Assembly: GCA_013150955.1 (NCBI GenBank)
Contig: JAADJD010000062.1
Location: 49,416 to 113,415, forward strand
Length of the DNA stretch: 64,000 bases
Source: Calditrichota bacterium
GTDB lineage: Bacteria; Calditrichota; Calditrichia; RBG-13-44-9; J042
Reading direction: 5' to 3'
The notes below the pieces were generated by a model, which was not told the origin of the DNA, did no database searches, and saw only the letters and a program-made list of their open reading frames with translations. Made by a program: the position numbers and the translations under genes. How positions within the stretch are numbered: position 1 is the stretch's first letter; each line of letters starts with the position of its first letter. This document shows, one piece after another, positions 28,910 through 38,915 of the stretch.

Positions 28910-29929
28910 ATGAAGATTGTTCGAAGCTTCATTCTTCTGGGGTTAACCCTGACCCTACTCTCCGTCTGGGGATGCACCAAGAAAGAAACTCCAGAAGTGG
29001 TTCGGGAGGAACCCATCCAGCCCATTCCTTTGAAAGTGGACTACGATCCCGAAAAAGTGGAACTGGGCAAGATGCTCTACTTCGATCCCCGACTTTCCAA
29101 ATCGGGCTTTATTTCCTGTAATTCCTGTCATAACCTGGCGACCGGTGGCGTTGACAACCTGCCGCGATCCATCGGGCACAAATGGCAATTTGGTGGCATC
29201 AACGCACCCACGGTACTCAACTCCCGCTACAACATTGCTCAATTCTGGGACGGCCGGGCGAAAGACCTCAAGGAACAGGCCGGTGGCCCGATTGAAAATC
29301 CCGTTGAAATGGCTTTTTCCCACGAGATGGCCGTCAAGGTGATTCAAAGCATTCCCCAGTACGTGGAGCGATTCAAAAAGGTGTACGGCACCGACCAGAT
29401 TGATATCGACAAAATCACCGATGCCATTGCCGCCTTTGAAGAAACCCTGATTACCCCCAATTCCCGTTTCGACCAGTGGCTGCGCGGCGATGACAACGCG
29501 CTGACGGCCGAGGAAAAGGAGGGCTATCAATTATTCAAAGAAAAAGGCTGCATTACCTGCCACAACGGAATCGGTGTGGGAGGCAACATGTTTCAGAAAT
29601 TTGGGGTGGTAAAACCGTACGAAAGGGACACCAAAACCCTGGGACGCTACGAAGTGACCAAGAATGAGGCAGATAAGTACGTGTTTAAAGTTCCCATTCT
29701 GAGAAATGTGGAGTTGACCTACCCCTACTTTCATGATGGGAGTACTTACAGCCTGAGCGAAGCGGTAAACATCATGGCTGAATATCAGCTGGGCATTGAG
29801 TTAACCCCGGAAGAGACGCGTAAAATTGTTGCCTTTTTAAAAACCCTGACCGGTGAACAACCCCGGATCGTCTATCCAGTATTGCCACCTTCGACAGAAA
29901 AAACGCCCAAACCCACACCGGCGGATTGA
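28910..29929 (+). CDS. di-haem cytochrome c peroxidase (CCP/MauG family) lipoprotein
   Basis: Two CxxCH haem sites (CNSCH, CITCH) and the conserved PIENPVEM loop are present. AGGAGG lies 8 nt upstream of ATG 28910. The signal ends in WGC. Confidence 0.85.
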   Translation: MKIVRSFILLGLTLTLLSVWGCTKKETPEVVREEPIQPIPLKVDYDPEKVELGKMLYFDPRLSKSGFISCNSCHNLATGGVDNLPRSIGHKWQFGGINAPTVLNSRYNIAQFWDGRAKDLKEQAGGPIENPVEMAFSHEMAVKVIQSIPQYVERFKKVYGTDQIDIDKITDAIAAFEETLITPNSRFDQWLRGDDNALTAEEKEGYQLFKEKGCITCHNGIGVGGNMFQKFGVVKPYERDTKTLGRYEVTKNEADKYVFKVPILRNVELTYPYFHDGSTYSLSEAVNIMAEYQLGIELTPEETRKIVAFLKTLTGEQPRIVYPVLPPSTEKTPKPTPAD

Positions 29930-29931
29930 CG

Positions 29932-29965
29932 CATGGATACGTCCCCTGCCACAGAAAGATTGGTG
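29932..29965. terminator. 12 bp perfect-stem hairpin between the convergent CCP and Bcp genes (possible bidirectional terminator)
   Basis: GTCCCCTGCCAC at 29932-29943 pairs with GTGGCAGGGGAC at 29954-29965, with a 10 nt loop. Confidence 0.4.
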
Positions 29966-30084
29966 GCAGGGGACATCCCTGCAAAACATCGCTCCAAACG
30001 TCCGTTACCACAAGCCAAAGCCAACCATGGCCTCCAAAAACCTCCTCCTCCACTCAACAGGGATTTCCATCAATGGCTTATGGT

Positions 30085-30639
30085 TTACCGGGAGTCTGAC
30101 TCTATCTGAATGCCAAACGCCTTCAGGACATCCCTGGCATGGTTGGTCACATCCACTTTTTCAAAAATGTGAACGATCTTGCCCTGTTCATCGATTAAAA
30201 AGGTCATCCGTCGGGGCACAAAGAATTTCATCACCCCACCGTAAGCGCCGTAGGCTTTTGCCACCTGCTTGTCGGCATCGGTCAACAAAATAAATGGCAG
30301 ATTGTACTTTTCCTTAAACTTCCGATGCGACTCGGGCGAATCGTAATTGATCCCGATGACAACAATATGGTTTTCCTCGTACAGATCGTAATTATCCCGA
30401 AAATTGCAGGCCTCTTTGGTACAACCGGGGGTGTCATCTTTGGGATAAAAATAAACCACCACCTTCTTTCCCCGGAATTCTTTTAACGACCGCAGGGTAC
30501 CGGTGTCGTCTTTCAATTCAAAATCCGGGGCGGGATCTCCCACCTTTAGCAGCGTTTTTGTCGCACCCGCCATTCCGGGATATATGAAAACATGCAGGAT
30601 GATCATCAACGTTCCCAGACCCAGATAACGCATACCCAA
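30085..30639 (-). CDS. bcp: thiol peroxidase Bcp/PrxQ-type peroxiredoxin with N-terminal signal/anchor
   Basis: TPGCTKEAC carries the peroxidatic Cys in a thioredoxin-fold context. The N-terminus is hydrophobic. Confidence 0.8.
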   Translation of the reverse strand: MGMRYLGLGTLMIILHVFIYPGMAGATKTLLKVGDPAPDFELKDDTGTLRSLKEFRGKKVVVYFYPKDDTPGCTKEACNFRDNYDLYEENHIVVIGINYDSPESHRKFKEKYNLPFILLTDADKQVAKAYGAYGGVMKFFVPRRMTFLIDEQGKIVHIFEKVDVTNHARDVLKAFGIQIESDSR

Positions 30640-30695
30640 TCCTCCTTTGTTTGATGGGTTCTCAGGAAAAATCTACGGAGCAAAACATTTTCTTT

Positions 30696-31341
30696 TTACG
30701 AATTGTTGGTAAGCGCATCTTCCTCCAGGAAGGATTCGAGCAAATGTCCCGATTTTCTGGCTTTGGTGGCCAGATAAAATTGATTTACAGGATGCGGCTG
30801 GATTTCCAGGGGTAATCGGTGAACCACCTCTATACCAAACGCCTCCAATCCCGATATCTTCCGGGGATTGTTGGTCAATAACGCCACCCGGTTCACATGC
30901 AAATGATGCAGCATGGCAGCGGCGATATCGTAGCGTCGTAAATCGTCATCGAAACCCAGGGCGTGATTGGCCTCCACCGTGTCCAGGCCCGATTCCTGTA
31001 AAGCATAGGCTCGAATCTTATTACCCAGACCAATGCCGCGTCCCTCCTGCCGTAAATACAGCACAATCCCGTAGCCCTGCCGATCGATATATTCCAGCGC
31101 TGCATGCAGCTGTTCCCGGCAATCACACTTCAGCGAACCCAACACTTCGCTGGTCAGGCATTCGGAATGAACGCGAACGGGCACCACCGAATGGACTTCC
31201 GGCCGTCCCTGAACCACCGCCAGATGTTCCCGATCATCCTGATCATTGCGAAACACCAGCACCCGGAATTGTCCAAAGCGGGTGGGTAGGTGGGCTTCTG
31301 CGTACACCCATACGCGGGGGTGACTTTCTGATCTATTCAAA
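30696..31341 (-). CDS. ribA: GTP cyclohydrolase II
   Basis: RVHSECLTSEVLGSLKCDCREQL is a zinc Cys cluster, and GRGIGLGNKIRAY and TVEANHALG are present. A TTG start 6 nt after GGAGAAGG aligns with the RibA N-terminus. The ORF-track extension to 31496 was rejected. Confidence 0.7.
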
Positions 31342-31645
31342 ACCTTCTCCTTTTCCCGGTTCTTCAACCAAAACGCTAAAACATTACGCTGTTGCCAGAT
31401 CCATGTTCCCGCTTTCAAAAGAATATCGGCACCCATTCCCCATCGGGCTGTAATGTTGCTTACATAAATCCGATGGATGAGATCCGCAAAAGACACACAT
31501 TCCGGAAAAATTTGAGTTGTGGATTGTGCGAATCCGGTTCTTTTTCTAACTTAAGCCGGCCTGGCGGATTGCCGATCACCCAATCCGCTAACGGATGAAT
31601 GATTGAAAAATTGTCCGCAATATCAAATACCACGGAATTTACCGG

Positions 31646-33400
31646 ATGAACGGCGAGAAATTGAGACAGATCCTGCACCGAATTGACGGTCGGGGATACA
31701 AAGCGTATAAAGACATTCAGGGAGCGTATCGCTTTGCCCGATACACGCTGTTTATTGATCACGTGCAGGGCGATCCGTTTGCTTCGCCTTCTAAAATCCG
31801 ATTGCGGGTGTCCGGGACGGTTGCAGGTTTCCCTGGTTCGCTCCACGACACCCCGGTTCGTCGCATGGCGCTGGCGGATTACCTGGCCCGTCAGGTTGCC
31901 CGAGCCATTCGTTCGGTCGCGCGGCAGCACCGTGGAAGCGGCAAAAGCGGCCTCATCGCCATCGATTCCGGTGGACAGGAAGTGCTGGAACGCACGGCGG
32001 TAAAAATCACCCCGGAATGGGTCGAAGCCCGGTTGTACGTGGGATTACCGGCGGCTGGGCGCACCGTGCTGGCCCGACAGGCTGAAGAGATTTTTTTCAA
32101 AGAACTGCCGGCCATCGTTCAACAAAGCTTATTCTGGGAATCGCTGAATCAATCGGAAGCCCGGCATTTTGTCCACACGGTGGAGAACCAGGAGTTTATC
32201 CGGGAACAACTTTCGGAACGAGGACTGGTGGCTTTTGTAGCCAATGGGGCCATCCTTCCCCGGGAAAGCGGTGCCAGCGATCGTCCCATGTCCCGGCGGG
32301 AAGCGGTGCCCTTCCAATCGCCGGCCAGCCTGGAAGTCACCTTCCAGCTGCCCCATCCGGTCGATGGCCCCGATGGGGAACAAACCATCCTCCGCGGCAT
32401 GGGCATTCCCGAAGGCATCACCCTGATTGTGGGCGGCGGCTATCACGGAAAATCCACCCTGTTGAATGCCATCGAACGGGGCGTCTATCCTCACATCCCT
32501 GGCGATGGCCGGGAATATGTGGTGACCCGAAGGGATGCGGTGAAGATTCGGGCGGAAGATGGGCGTCGGGTTGAGATGGTAGACATCAGCCCGTTCATCA
32601 GCAATCTTCCTTACGGTCGTAGCACCTCTGCCTTCTGCACCGACGATGCCAGCGGCAGCACCAGTCAGGCCGCCAACATTCTGGAAGCCCTGGAAGTAGG
32701 TGCCCGCGTGTTACTGCTGGACGAGGATACTTCCGCCACCAACTTTATGATCCGCGATGCGCGCATGCAGGCCCTGGTGCACAAAGATCGAGAACCCATT
32801 ACCCCATTCATCGATCGGGTGAAAGAACTGCATCAGCGGCTGGGCGTTTCCACCATTCTGGTCATGGGTGGCAGTGGGGACTATCTGGATGTCGCCGACA
32901 CGGTCATCCTGATGCATAATTACCTTCCGGAAGACGTTACCGAATCCGCCCGCGAAGTCGCCCGCGCCTATCCCACCCGAAGGAAAACGGAAATCCCCGC
33001 CCCGATGACCTCAGTGACCGAACGCATCCCGCTGGCCTCCAGCTTCGATCCCTCCAAAGGTAAAAAGGAGGTAAAAATTCAGGCCAAAACGCTGGATGCC
33101 ATTCAGTACGGGACACAGATGATTGAACTTCGGGCACTGGAACAGCTGGTGGACATCAGCCAGACCCGTGCCATCGGCTATGCCATTCATCTGGCCACGC
33201 GAAAGTACATGGACGATCGGCGAACGTTAAGGGAGGTACTGGATTTACTGGACAATTTTTTCCAGTCGGAAGGATTGGATGCGCTGGATCCCTTCCGACG
33301 GGGAGATCAGCATCCTGGCAGCTTTGCCCGCCCCCGTCGGTTCGAAATCGCAGCCGCCATTAACCGCCTGCGTACCCTGCGCATGAGACAAAAAACCTGA
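31646..33400 (+). CDS. ABC_ATPase-domain protein (COG3044-like predicted ATPase of the ABC class)
   Basis: GGGYHGKSTLL is a P-loop at about residue 255. The protein is about 580 aa with the typical soluble architecture. Confidence 0.7.
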   Translation: MNGEKLRQILHRIDGRGYKAYKDIQGAYRFARYTLFIDHVQGDPFASPSKIRLRVSGTVAGFPGSLHDTPVRRMALADYLARQVARAIRSVARQHRGSGKSGLIAIDSGGQEVLERTAVKITPEWVEARLYVGLPAAGRTVLARQAEEIFFKELPAIVQQSLFWESLNQSEARHFVHTVENQEFIREQLSERGLVAFVANGAILPRESGASDRPMSRREAVPFQSPASLEVTFQLPHPVDGPDGEQTILRGMGIPEGITLIVGGGYHGKSTLLNAIERGVYPHIPGDGREYVVTRRDAVKIRAEDGRRVEMVDISPFISNLPYGRSTSAFCTDDASGSTSQAANILEALEVGARVLLLDEDTSATNFMIRDARMQALVHKDREPITPFIDRVKELHQRLGVSTILVMGGSGDYLDVADTVILMHNYLPEDVTESAREVARAYPTRRKTEIPAPMTSVTERIPLASSFDPSKGKKEVKIQAKTLDAIQYGTQMIELRALEQLVDISQTRAIGYAIHLATRKYMDDRRTLREVLDLLDNFFQSEGLDALDPFRRGDQHPGSFARPRRFEIAAAINRLRTLRMRQKT

Positions 33401-33444
33401 ATCGATCACCCCGCCCATCCCGTTCGATTCATCGCAAATTAGGT

Positions 33445-33633
33445 TTTAGCTCATGAATGACACGAATTAACTCAAATACAGCGTTAAACCGCAAATCACG
33501 CGAATAAATTCGAAAAAAATCAACAAAATAGCGAATATGTCCGGGAAAACATTTTCATCCAGATAGAATCCAGTGCGTATTTTTATTGGTGTACATTCGT
33601 GTCATTCATAGGCGAATGTATAATCCGGGTTGA
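33445..33633 (+). mobile_element. MITE-like element copy F (forward)
   Basis: ...CAGCGTTAAACCGCAAATCACGCGAATAAATTCG ... GTACATTCGTGTCATTCATAGGCGAATGTATAATCCGGGTTGA. Confidence 0.55.
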
Positions 33634-33757
33634 TCATTCCCTCTTGAGCCAATCACAGGCAATTGGCATTGATTTTGAAATATTCATTCGGCGGAAATTG
33701 AAATCCCTGCAAAATTGACACATCAGGAAAAATTTAAAACCGAAAGGGGGTGACAAA

Positions 33758-34387
33758 ATGGTCATGGAAGTCAAACCTCGGGAACAGGTAGACGAAAAAG
33801 TGGATCAGATGGCATTGAGGATTTTCCTTAAGGCTCTGGAACTACTGGGAGGCCCCCGAAAACTGGTGGAATACCGCAATTTAACCTGGTTGCCTTCTTT
33901 GATGGAGGCGGCCTACACGGTGGTGCTGTTCAATGATTACATGAAAACGGAAGCCGAAATTGCCGAAATGCTGGGGTTGACCCGGAACACGGTGGCTCAG
34001 ATCTTGCGTGCGGTGCCCGAAATTGTAAAAGAAAAACTGGAAGGAACGATTAAGGACTCCGTCAAAACCCACACCGCTGGTGCTCTGGCCAAAATTGCCT
34101 ACCAGGAAATTAAGGAAGGTAGGGAAAACATTGATTTTCTCACTTACTTTTCTCAAAAAACCCTGGAAGCCGTGGGCTACACCTGGCCTATCGAGGTGCT
34201 GGTGCGACTGAAAGGTGTGGACTTCCCGGCCAATCGCGAGGTGCTACTGGAAAAACTATCCGATCTCTCTGTGGAAGGCAGGCCGCTACCGGAATTATTG
34301 CGCCAAATGGATGCTACCGTTTTTCCAGTTCAGAGCCCATCCCAACTGTTGCACCATATTAAAGAAATGCTGGCAGGTTCCCGCTAA
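33758..34387 (+). CDS. hypothetical protein with predicted helix-turn-helix (putative regulator)
   Basis: EIAEMLGLTRNTVAQIL is HTH-like. GGGGGTGA lies upstream of ATG. The gene is flanked on both sides by repeat-element copies. Confidence 0.5.
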   Translation: MVMEVKPREQVDEKVDQMALRIFLKALELLGGPRKLVEYRNLTWLPSLMEAAYTVVLFNDYMKTEAEIAEMLGLTRNTVAQILRAVPEIVKEKLEGTIKDSVKTHTAGALAKIAYQEIKEGRENIDFLTYFSQKTLEAVGYTWPIEVLVRLKGVDFPANREVLLEKLSDLSVEGRPLPELLRQMDATVFPVQSPSQLLHHIKEMLAGSR

Positions 34388-34510
34388 TTGACCGCGTCCC
34401 GGACACCGAAACCGGGATGGCATCAATCGGGTGTCCGGGACAACAATCTTTTTTCCGGGTAAAATTAACCTCCCACCTTTAGAAGCTGGCGCTTTTTCCA
34501 GGAGAACGGA

Positions 34511-34673
34511 TTAAACCCAGAATATGCATTAAACCGCAGATCACGCGAACGAATCCAAAAAATCTCAACAAAATAATGAATAAACCCCGGAACCTATTTT
34601 CATCCGGTTATTTTGTCAATTTTGTTCATGTGAATTCGTGTCATCCGTGGTTTACGTAAAATCTGGATTGAAT
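34511..34673 (+). mobile_element. MITE-like element copy G (forward)
   Basis: TTAAACCCAGAATATGCATTAAACCGCAGATCACGCGAACGAATCC ... GTGAATTCGTGTCATCCGTGGTTTACGTAAAATCTGGATTGAA. Confidence 0.6.
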
Positions 34674-34745
34674 TTTTATATCCCTTTCATATTCGATGCA
34701 TACGCGGTTAATTTCTTCATCGGAGCAAGACAGAGGGGATCACGC

Positions 34746-35942
34746 ATGGCGTCTTCTTCGTCCTCTTCGCAGGGCAAACATTCCCTTCCACGGAATGTCT
34801 GGATTCTGGGACTGGTCAGCCTGTTTAACGACATCGCCTCAGAAATGATCTATCCCATCGTTCCCATTTTTCTCACCCGCACGCTGGGTGCTTCAGCCGC
34901 GATTGTGGGAATCATTGAGGGTATTGCGGAAGCGACGGCCAGCGTTCTAAAGGTATTTTCCGGCTGGCTTTCCGACCGATTTCGCCACCGCAAGAAGTTT
35001 GTGATTGCCGGCTATGCGTTGTCCGCGCTGGCAAAGCTGGTGCTTTCGCTGGCCAGCATATGGTGGCACGTCCTGGGGGCTCGCTTTATTGATCGCTTTG
35101 GCAAGGGAACCCGCACCGCCGCCCGAGATGCCCTGATAGCGGATTCTACCGCCGAGCACCAGCGCGGGGCCGCGTTTGGCATGCATCGGGCCATGGATAC
35201 CCTGGGGGCCATCATCGGGCCGCTGCTGGCACTGGCCCTGCTGCATTTCCTGGGCGAACGTTTCACGCTGATTTTTCTGCTGGCTTTCTTTCCCGGACTG
35301 TTGGCCCTGGGACTGCTCTTCTGGGGCGTGAAAGAGCCTCCACGACGCAGCGACATCCAGCGGTTGACATTTCGCCTCTCCCTGCAACAATTCACCCGGC
35401 CGTTCAAACACTTTCTTCTGGTTAGCCTGGTATTTGCACTGGGCAACAGCTCCGATGCCTTCCTCATCCTGCGTGCCCAATCCATGGGCTATACCACCAC
35501 CCAGACGGTATTTCTTTACGTTCTTTTTAACCTCTTTTTTGCGGGACTGGCTTATCCCATCGGGCGACTGTCGGATCGACTGGGTGCACGGCGGGTTTTG
35601 CTGGGGTCCTTCTTCTTTTTCGGAACCATCTATCTGGGATTTGCCCTGGCTTCCGGCCCACGCCTGCTCATCGCCCTGTTTCCGCTTTACGGAATTTACA
35701 TGGCCATGAGCGAGGGCATCAGCAAAGCCTACATTACCCAGATTGTACCGGAAAATATTCGAGCTACGGCGCTGGGAACCTACTACACTTTGACGGGGCT
35801 CATCACGTTTTTTGCCAGCAGTCTGGCCGGTCTAATGTGGCACTACCTGGATGTTCGGGCTCCCTTTTATTTCGGTGCCGGTATGGCGTTTCTGGCAGGA
35901 ATTTTGTTTCTGCCGGCATATGGAAGGAAAACGAGGGATTAA
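34746..35942 (+). CDS. MFS transporter
   Basis: 12 TM helices. The ATG at 34746 (MASSSSSS) was chosen because the ORF-track start at 34638 falls inside a repeat element. Confidence 0.75.
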   Translation: MASSSSSSQGKHSLPRNVWILGLVSLFNDIASEMIYPIVPIFLTRTLGASAAIVGIIEGIAEATASVLKVFSGWLSDRFRHRKKFVIAGYALSALAKLVLSLASIWWHVLGARFIDRFGKGTRTAARDALIADSTAEHQRGAAFGMHRAMDTLGAIIGPLLALALLHFLGERFTLIFLLAFFPGLLALGLLFWGVKEPPRRSDIQRLTFRLSLQQFTRPFKHFLLVSLVFALGNSSDAFLILRAQSMGYTTTQTVFLYVLFNLFFAGLAYPIGRLSDRLGARRVLLGSFFFFGTIYLGFALASGPRLLIALFPLYGIYMAMSEGISKAYITQIVPENIRATALGTYYTLTGLITFFASSLAGLMWHYLDVRAPFYFGAGMAFLAGILFLPAYGRKTRD

Positions 35943-35949
35943 ATTATTT

Positions 35950-36315
35950 TCAAGGCAATAGCTCCCATCGATGAACCCGGATGCGATGGGTAGTGGAATC
36001 GAGGGTTCCATAGACGCGAACCCGTTTGTTCCGCAAAGATTCATCCTGCAGCAGGCGCCGGGATTCCGGTGTTTCCTCAAAATACCAGATGTCAGCATTT
36101 TCGGTCTGTAAAACCCCAAGGTGAGGATACTCACTGTCGGAACGATCGGCATCTACCGGGCAGCTCAGCGCACAGGCCAGGCAAATCAGTTTCCCTTCCA
36201 CCACGCCATCACCCGCAAACCCTTCTGACAAAAACAGGCCCATCAATCCCAGCAAGGCAATATGAATCATCCAGAGTTTAACAAAAATTGGCATCACGAA
36301 GCCATCTCCTTTCAA
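35950..36315 (-). CDS. hypothetical exported protein (121 aa) with CLACALSCP motif
   Basis: The N-terminus is hydrophobic. No recognised domain. Confidence 0.4.
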   Translation of the reverse strand: MKGDGFVMPIFVKLWMIHIALLGLMGLFLSEGFAGDGVVEGKLICLACALSCPVDADRSDSEYPHLGVLQTENADIWYFEETPESRRLLQDESLRNKRVRVYGTLDSTTHRIRVHRWELLP

Positions 36316-36325
36316 GTTAATTCCA

Positions 36326-36550
36326 GTTTTAATCCCTAATGATGCATTAGACCGCGAATCACACGAATGAACCTTAAAATATCTACAAAATCACGAATAA
36401 CTCCCGAAACAAAACTTCACACGGATATAATCCAATGTACTTTATTATTCTTATTTGTGTTCATTCGTGTAATTCGTGGTTCTAATGCATAATCTGGGTT
36501 TATTTGTGTTCATTCGTGTCATTCGTAGGCTAATGCATAATCTGGGTTAA
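36326..36550 (+). mobile_element. MITE-like element copy H (forward, duplicated right terminus)
   Basis: TTTTAATCCCTAATGATGCATTAGACCGCGAATCACACGAATGAACC ... TTCATTCGTGTAATTCGTGGTTCTAATGCATAATCTGGGTTTA plus TTCATTCGTGTCATTCGTAGGCTAATGCATAATCTGGGTTAA. Confidence 0.65.
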
Positions 36551-36595
36551 TTGGGGATTCCACGAATCCATTTTCACGCATCAGGACAAATCGGG

Positions 36596-37486
36596 TCATG
36601 GATTCATTCCCCTGGGTAAGGCCAGTTTGAGTTTATTGGCCAGCACCTCTATTTCCAATCGTCGCCCTTCCAGGTGGGGATCGCCGTCCGTGTGAATGTA
36701 ACCGGGATCTGCGCGTTCGACCACCACGGATTTGACCCGGTAAATCTCCATGGCATCCACTTCGTGGATGGTTCCCGTAAACAATCGGTGCAAATTGATA
36801 ACCGTGCGCCACAAAGGCAGGGGCGAAAGGATGCACAAATCCAGGAATCCGTCATCGGGAATGGCCTGGGGGGCAATGACCGCACCGTTACCGTACTGGG
36901 GCGCATTGGCCACCGAGAGCAGAAGGGGATGGCGTTCGCAACGGCGCCCATCAAAAAACAATTCCACCGGACGAGGCCGGTAACGAAAATATTCCCGTAC
37001 CCCCACAATGAAATAGGGTAACGGCCCTCGCATGCCGAACCGCTCAAAATTTGCGCTAATGACCGCATCCAGTCCCATTCCCGCCACATTCACAAAAAAA
37101 TGCGAATTGATCCGTCCCACATCTATCCAGCGATAATCCACCTGCAACAATCCTTCAATGGCCTTTTTCTGATTCAACGGAATGTGAAAATTGCGGGCGA
37201 ATCCGTTTCCCGATCCCGCCGGGACCACCCCCAGGGCCGTATCCGTATTCAGCAGACCGCGGGCCACTTCATTGATGGTGCCATCACCACCCACGGCCAC
37301 CACGATCCGGGCTCCCTGTCGGGCCCCCTCCCTTGCCAGTTTCACTCCGTGTCCCTGATACCGGGTCTTCTGGATCTGATAGTCCACCGACGCTTTCGAA
37401 AAAATCTCATGGATCCAGGCGATTAACTTTTCGGGCTTGCGATTGATCCCTGAAACGGGATTGACAACAAAGAGGATATGGCTCAT
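36596..37486 (-). CDS. diacylglycerol-kinase catalytic-domain lipid kinase (YegS/DagK family)
   Basis: GGDGT is present (VAVGGDGTINEV). Length and architecture fit this family. Confidence 0.75.
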   Translation of the reverse strand: MSHILFVVNPVSGINRKPEKLIAWIHEIFSKASVDYQIQKTRYQGHGVKLAREGARQGARIVVAVGGDGTINEVARGLLNTDTALGVVPAGSGNGFARNFHIPLNQKKAIEGLLQVDYRWIDVGRINSHFFVNVAGMGLDAVISANFERFGMRGPLPYFIVGVREYFRYRPRPVELFFDGRRCERHPLLLSVANAPQYGNGAVIAPQAIPDDGFLDLCILSPLPLWRTVINLHRLFTGTIHEVDAMEIYRVKSVVVERADPGYIHTDGDPHLEGRRLEIEVLANKLKLALPRGMNP

Positions 37487-38496
37487 AAATGTTCTTCCGT
37501 TTTTACCATCCGCTCCCGAAATTCAGCGTCCACTTCTTGAAGATACAAGTCTACGATCTTCCGGGCAACTGACGAAACATCCGCGGGATGCTCCAGGGTG
37601 AACCAGCGAATGTCCGGTTCCGCGCGGAACCAGGTGTACTGGCGTTTGGCATACCGACGCGTGTTCTGCTTCACCCGTTCCACGCAGGTATACAAATCGA
37701 TTTTTTCTTCCAGGAAATCAATGACTTCCTTGTAGCCTACGGTGTTCAGGGCATTCAATTTGGGGGAATATCCCATGGCCAGCAAACGCCGGACTTCCTC
37801 CACCAGTCCCTGATCGAACATCCACTCCACGCGGGCATTGATTTGTTCGTACAGGGCCTGTCGTTCCATGGTGAGACCGAATTTAACGCCCACGAATGGC
37901 GCGGGATCTTTTTGTGTGCGACGCACCTCCGAAGCCGGTCGCCCCGCGAGGTAAGTAATTTCCAGCGCCCGAAGGACTCGCTTTACATTGTGGGGATGAA
38001 TCCCGGCAGCGGTTTCAGGATCCCGCCTCTGCAATTCCCGATACAGGGCTTCCTCACCCTCTTCCTGTACCCGCTGCAACAATTGCTGGCGCAACTGGTC
38101 ATCCCGGTAATCCTTCCCCAGAAATCCCTCCAGCAACGCCCGAATGTATAATCCGGAGCCACCCACCACCAGCGGCACCCGATTGCGAGACAGGATTTGT
38201 AAAACCACCTTTCGCGCATCTCTGGCAAATTGACCGGCACTGTATTCCTGATCCGGATTCAATATGTCGATGAAATGATGGGGGATCTTCCGACGGACTT
38301 CGACCGGGGGTTTATCGGTACCGATATCCATGTAACGGTAAATCTGGCGAGAATCGGCAGAAATGATTTCCACTGGCAAGCGACGGGCAATCTCCAGCGA
38401 AACCCGCGTTTTTCCCACACCCGTCGGGCCAACCAGAACCAGAATTCTTGGTAAACGTGGGGTGGATTGCCGTATGTTGGAATCGTTCGTGGTCAT
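37483..38496 (-). CDS. miaA: tRNA dimethylallyltransferase
   Basis: GPTGVGKT is a P-loop, and ISADSRQIYRYMDIGTDKP is present. Confidence 0.9.
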   Translation of the reverse strand: MTTNDSNIRQSTPRLPRILVLVGPTGVGKTRVSLEIARRLPVEIISADSRQIYRYMDIGTDKPPVEVRRKIPHHFIDILNPDQEYSAGQFARDARKVVLQILSRNRVPLVVGGSGLYIRALLEGFLGKDYRDDQLRQQLLQRVQEEGEEALYRELQRRDPETAAGIHPHNVKRVLRALEITYLAGRPASEVRRTQKDPAPFVGVKFGLTMERQALYEQINARVEWMFDQGLVEEVRRLLAMGYSPKLNALNTVGYKEVIDFLEEKIDLYTCVERVKQNTRRYAKRQYTWFRAEPDIRWFTLEHPADVSSVARKIVDLYLQEVDAEFRERMVKTEEHL

Positions 38497-38571
38497 CCGT
38501 TCGAAATCATCTCTTTTTTAACCGAACATGCCACACGTTAATTTAACATATTTTCCCGAAACACTTCCATT

Positions 38572-38744
38572 TTAACCCCAATAATACATTAAACCGCGAA
38601 TCGCGCGAATGAAACCAAATCATATCCACAAAATTTCGAGTAAACCCTGAAACAAATTTTCATCCCGATATAATCAATGGGCTCTATTATTTTTTGTGTT
38701 CATTCGTGTCATTCATGGTCTAAAGCATAATCCGAGTTTAACCC
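38572..38744 (+). mobile_element. MITE-like element copy I (forward)
   Basis: TTTTAACCCCAATAATACATTAAACCGCGAATCGCGCGAATGAAACC ... TTCATTCGTGTCATTCATGGTCTAAAGCATAATCCGAGTTTAACCC. Confidence 0.6.
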
Positions 38745-38915
38745 AACTCCATCGGATGCTACCGGATGTAAACCGCCCATCGGATACAAACGATCTTGTG
38801 GTAATTGTTTTAACCTGAAATATTTCTATGGCAATTTGTGAACATCATCCAGGGGCGCAACGGCCCGCGTTAAACCGGATTTCCGTTTTGCCTTTTCCTT
38901 ACACGAAAGAAGGGA

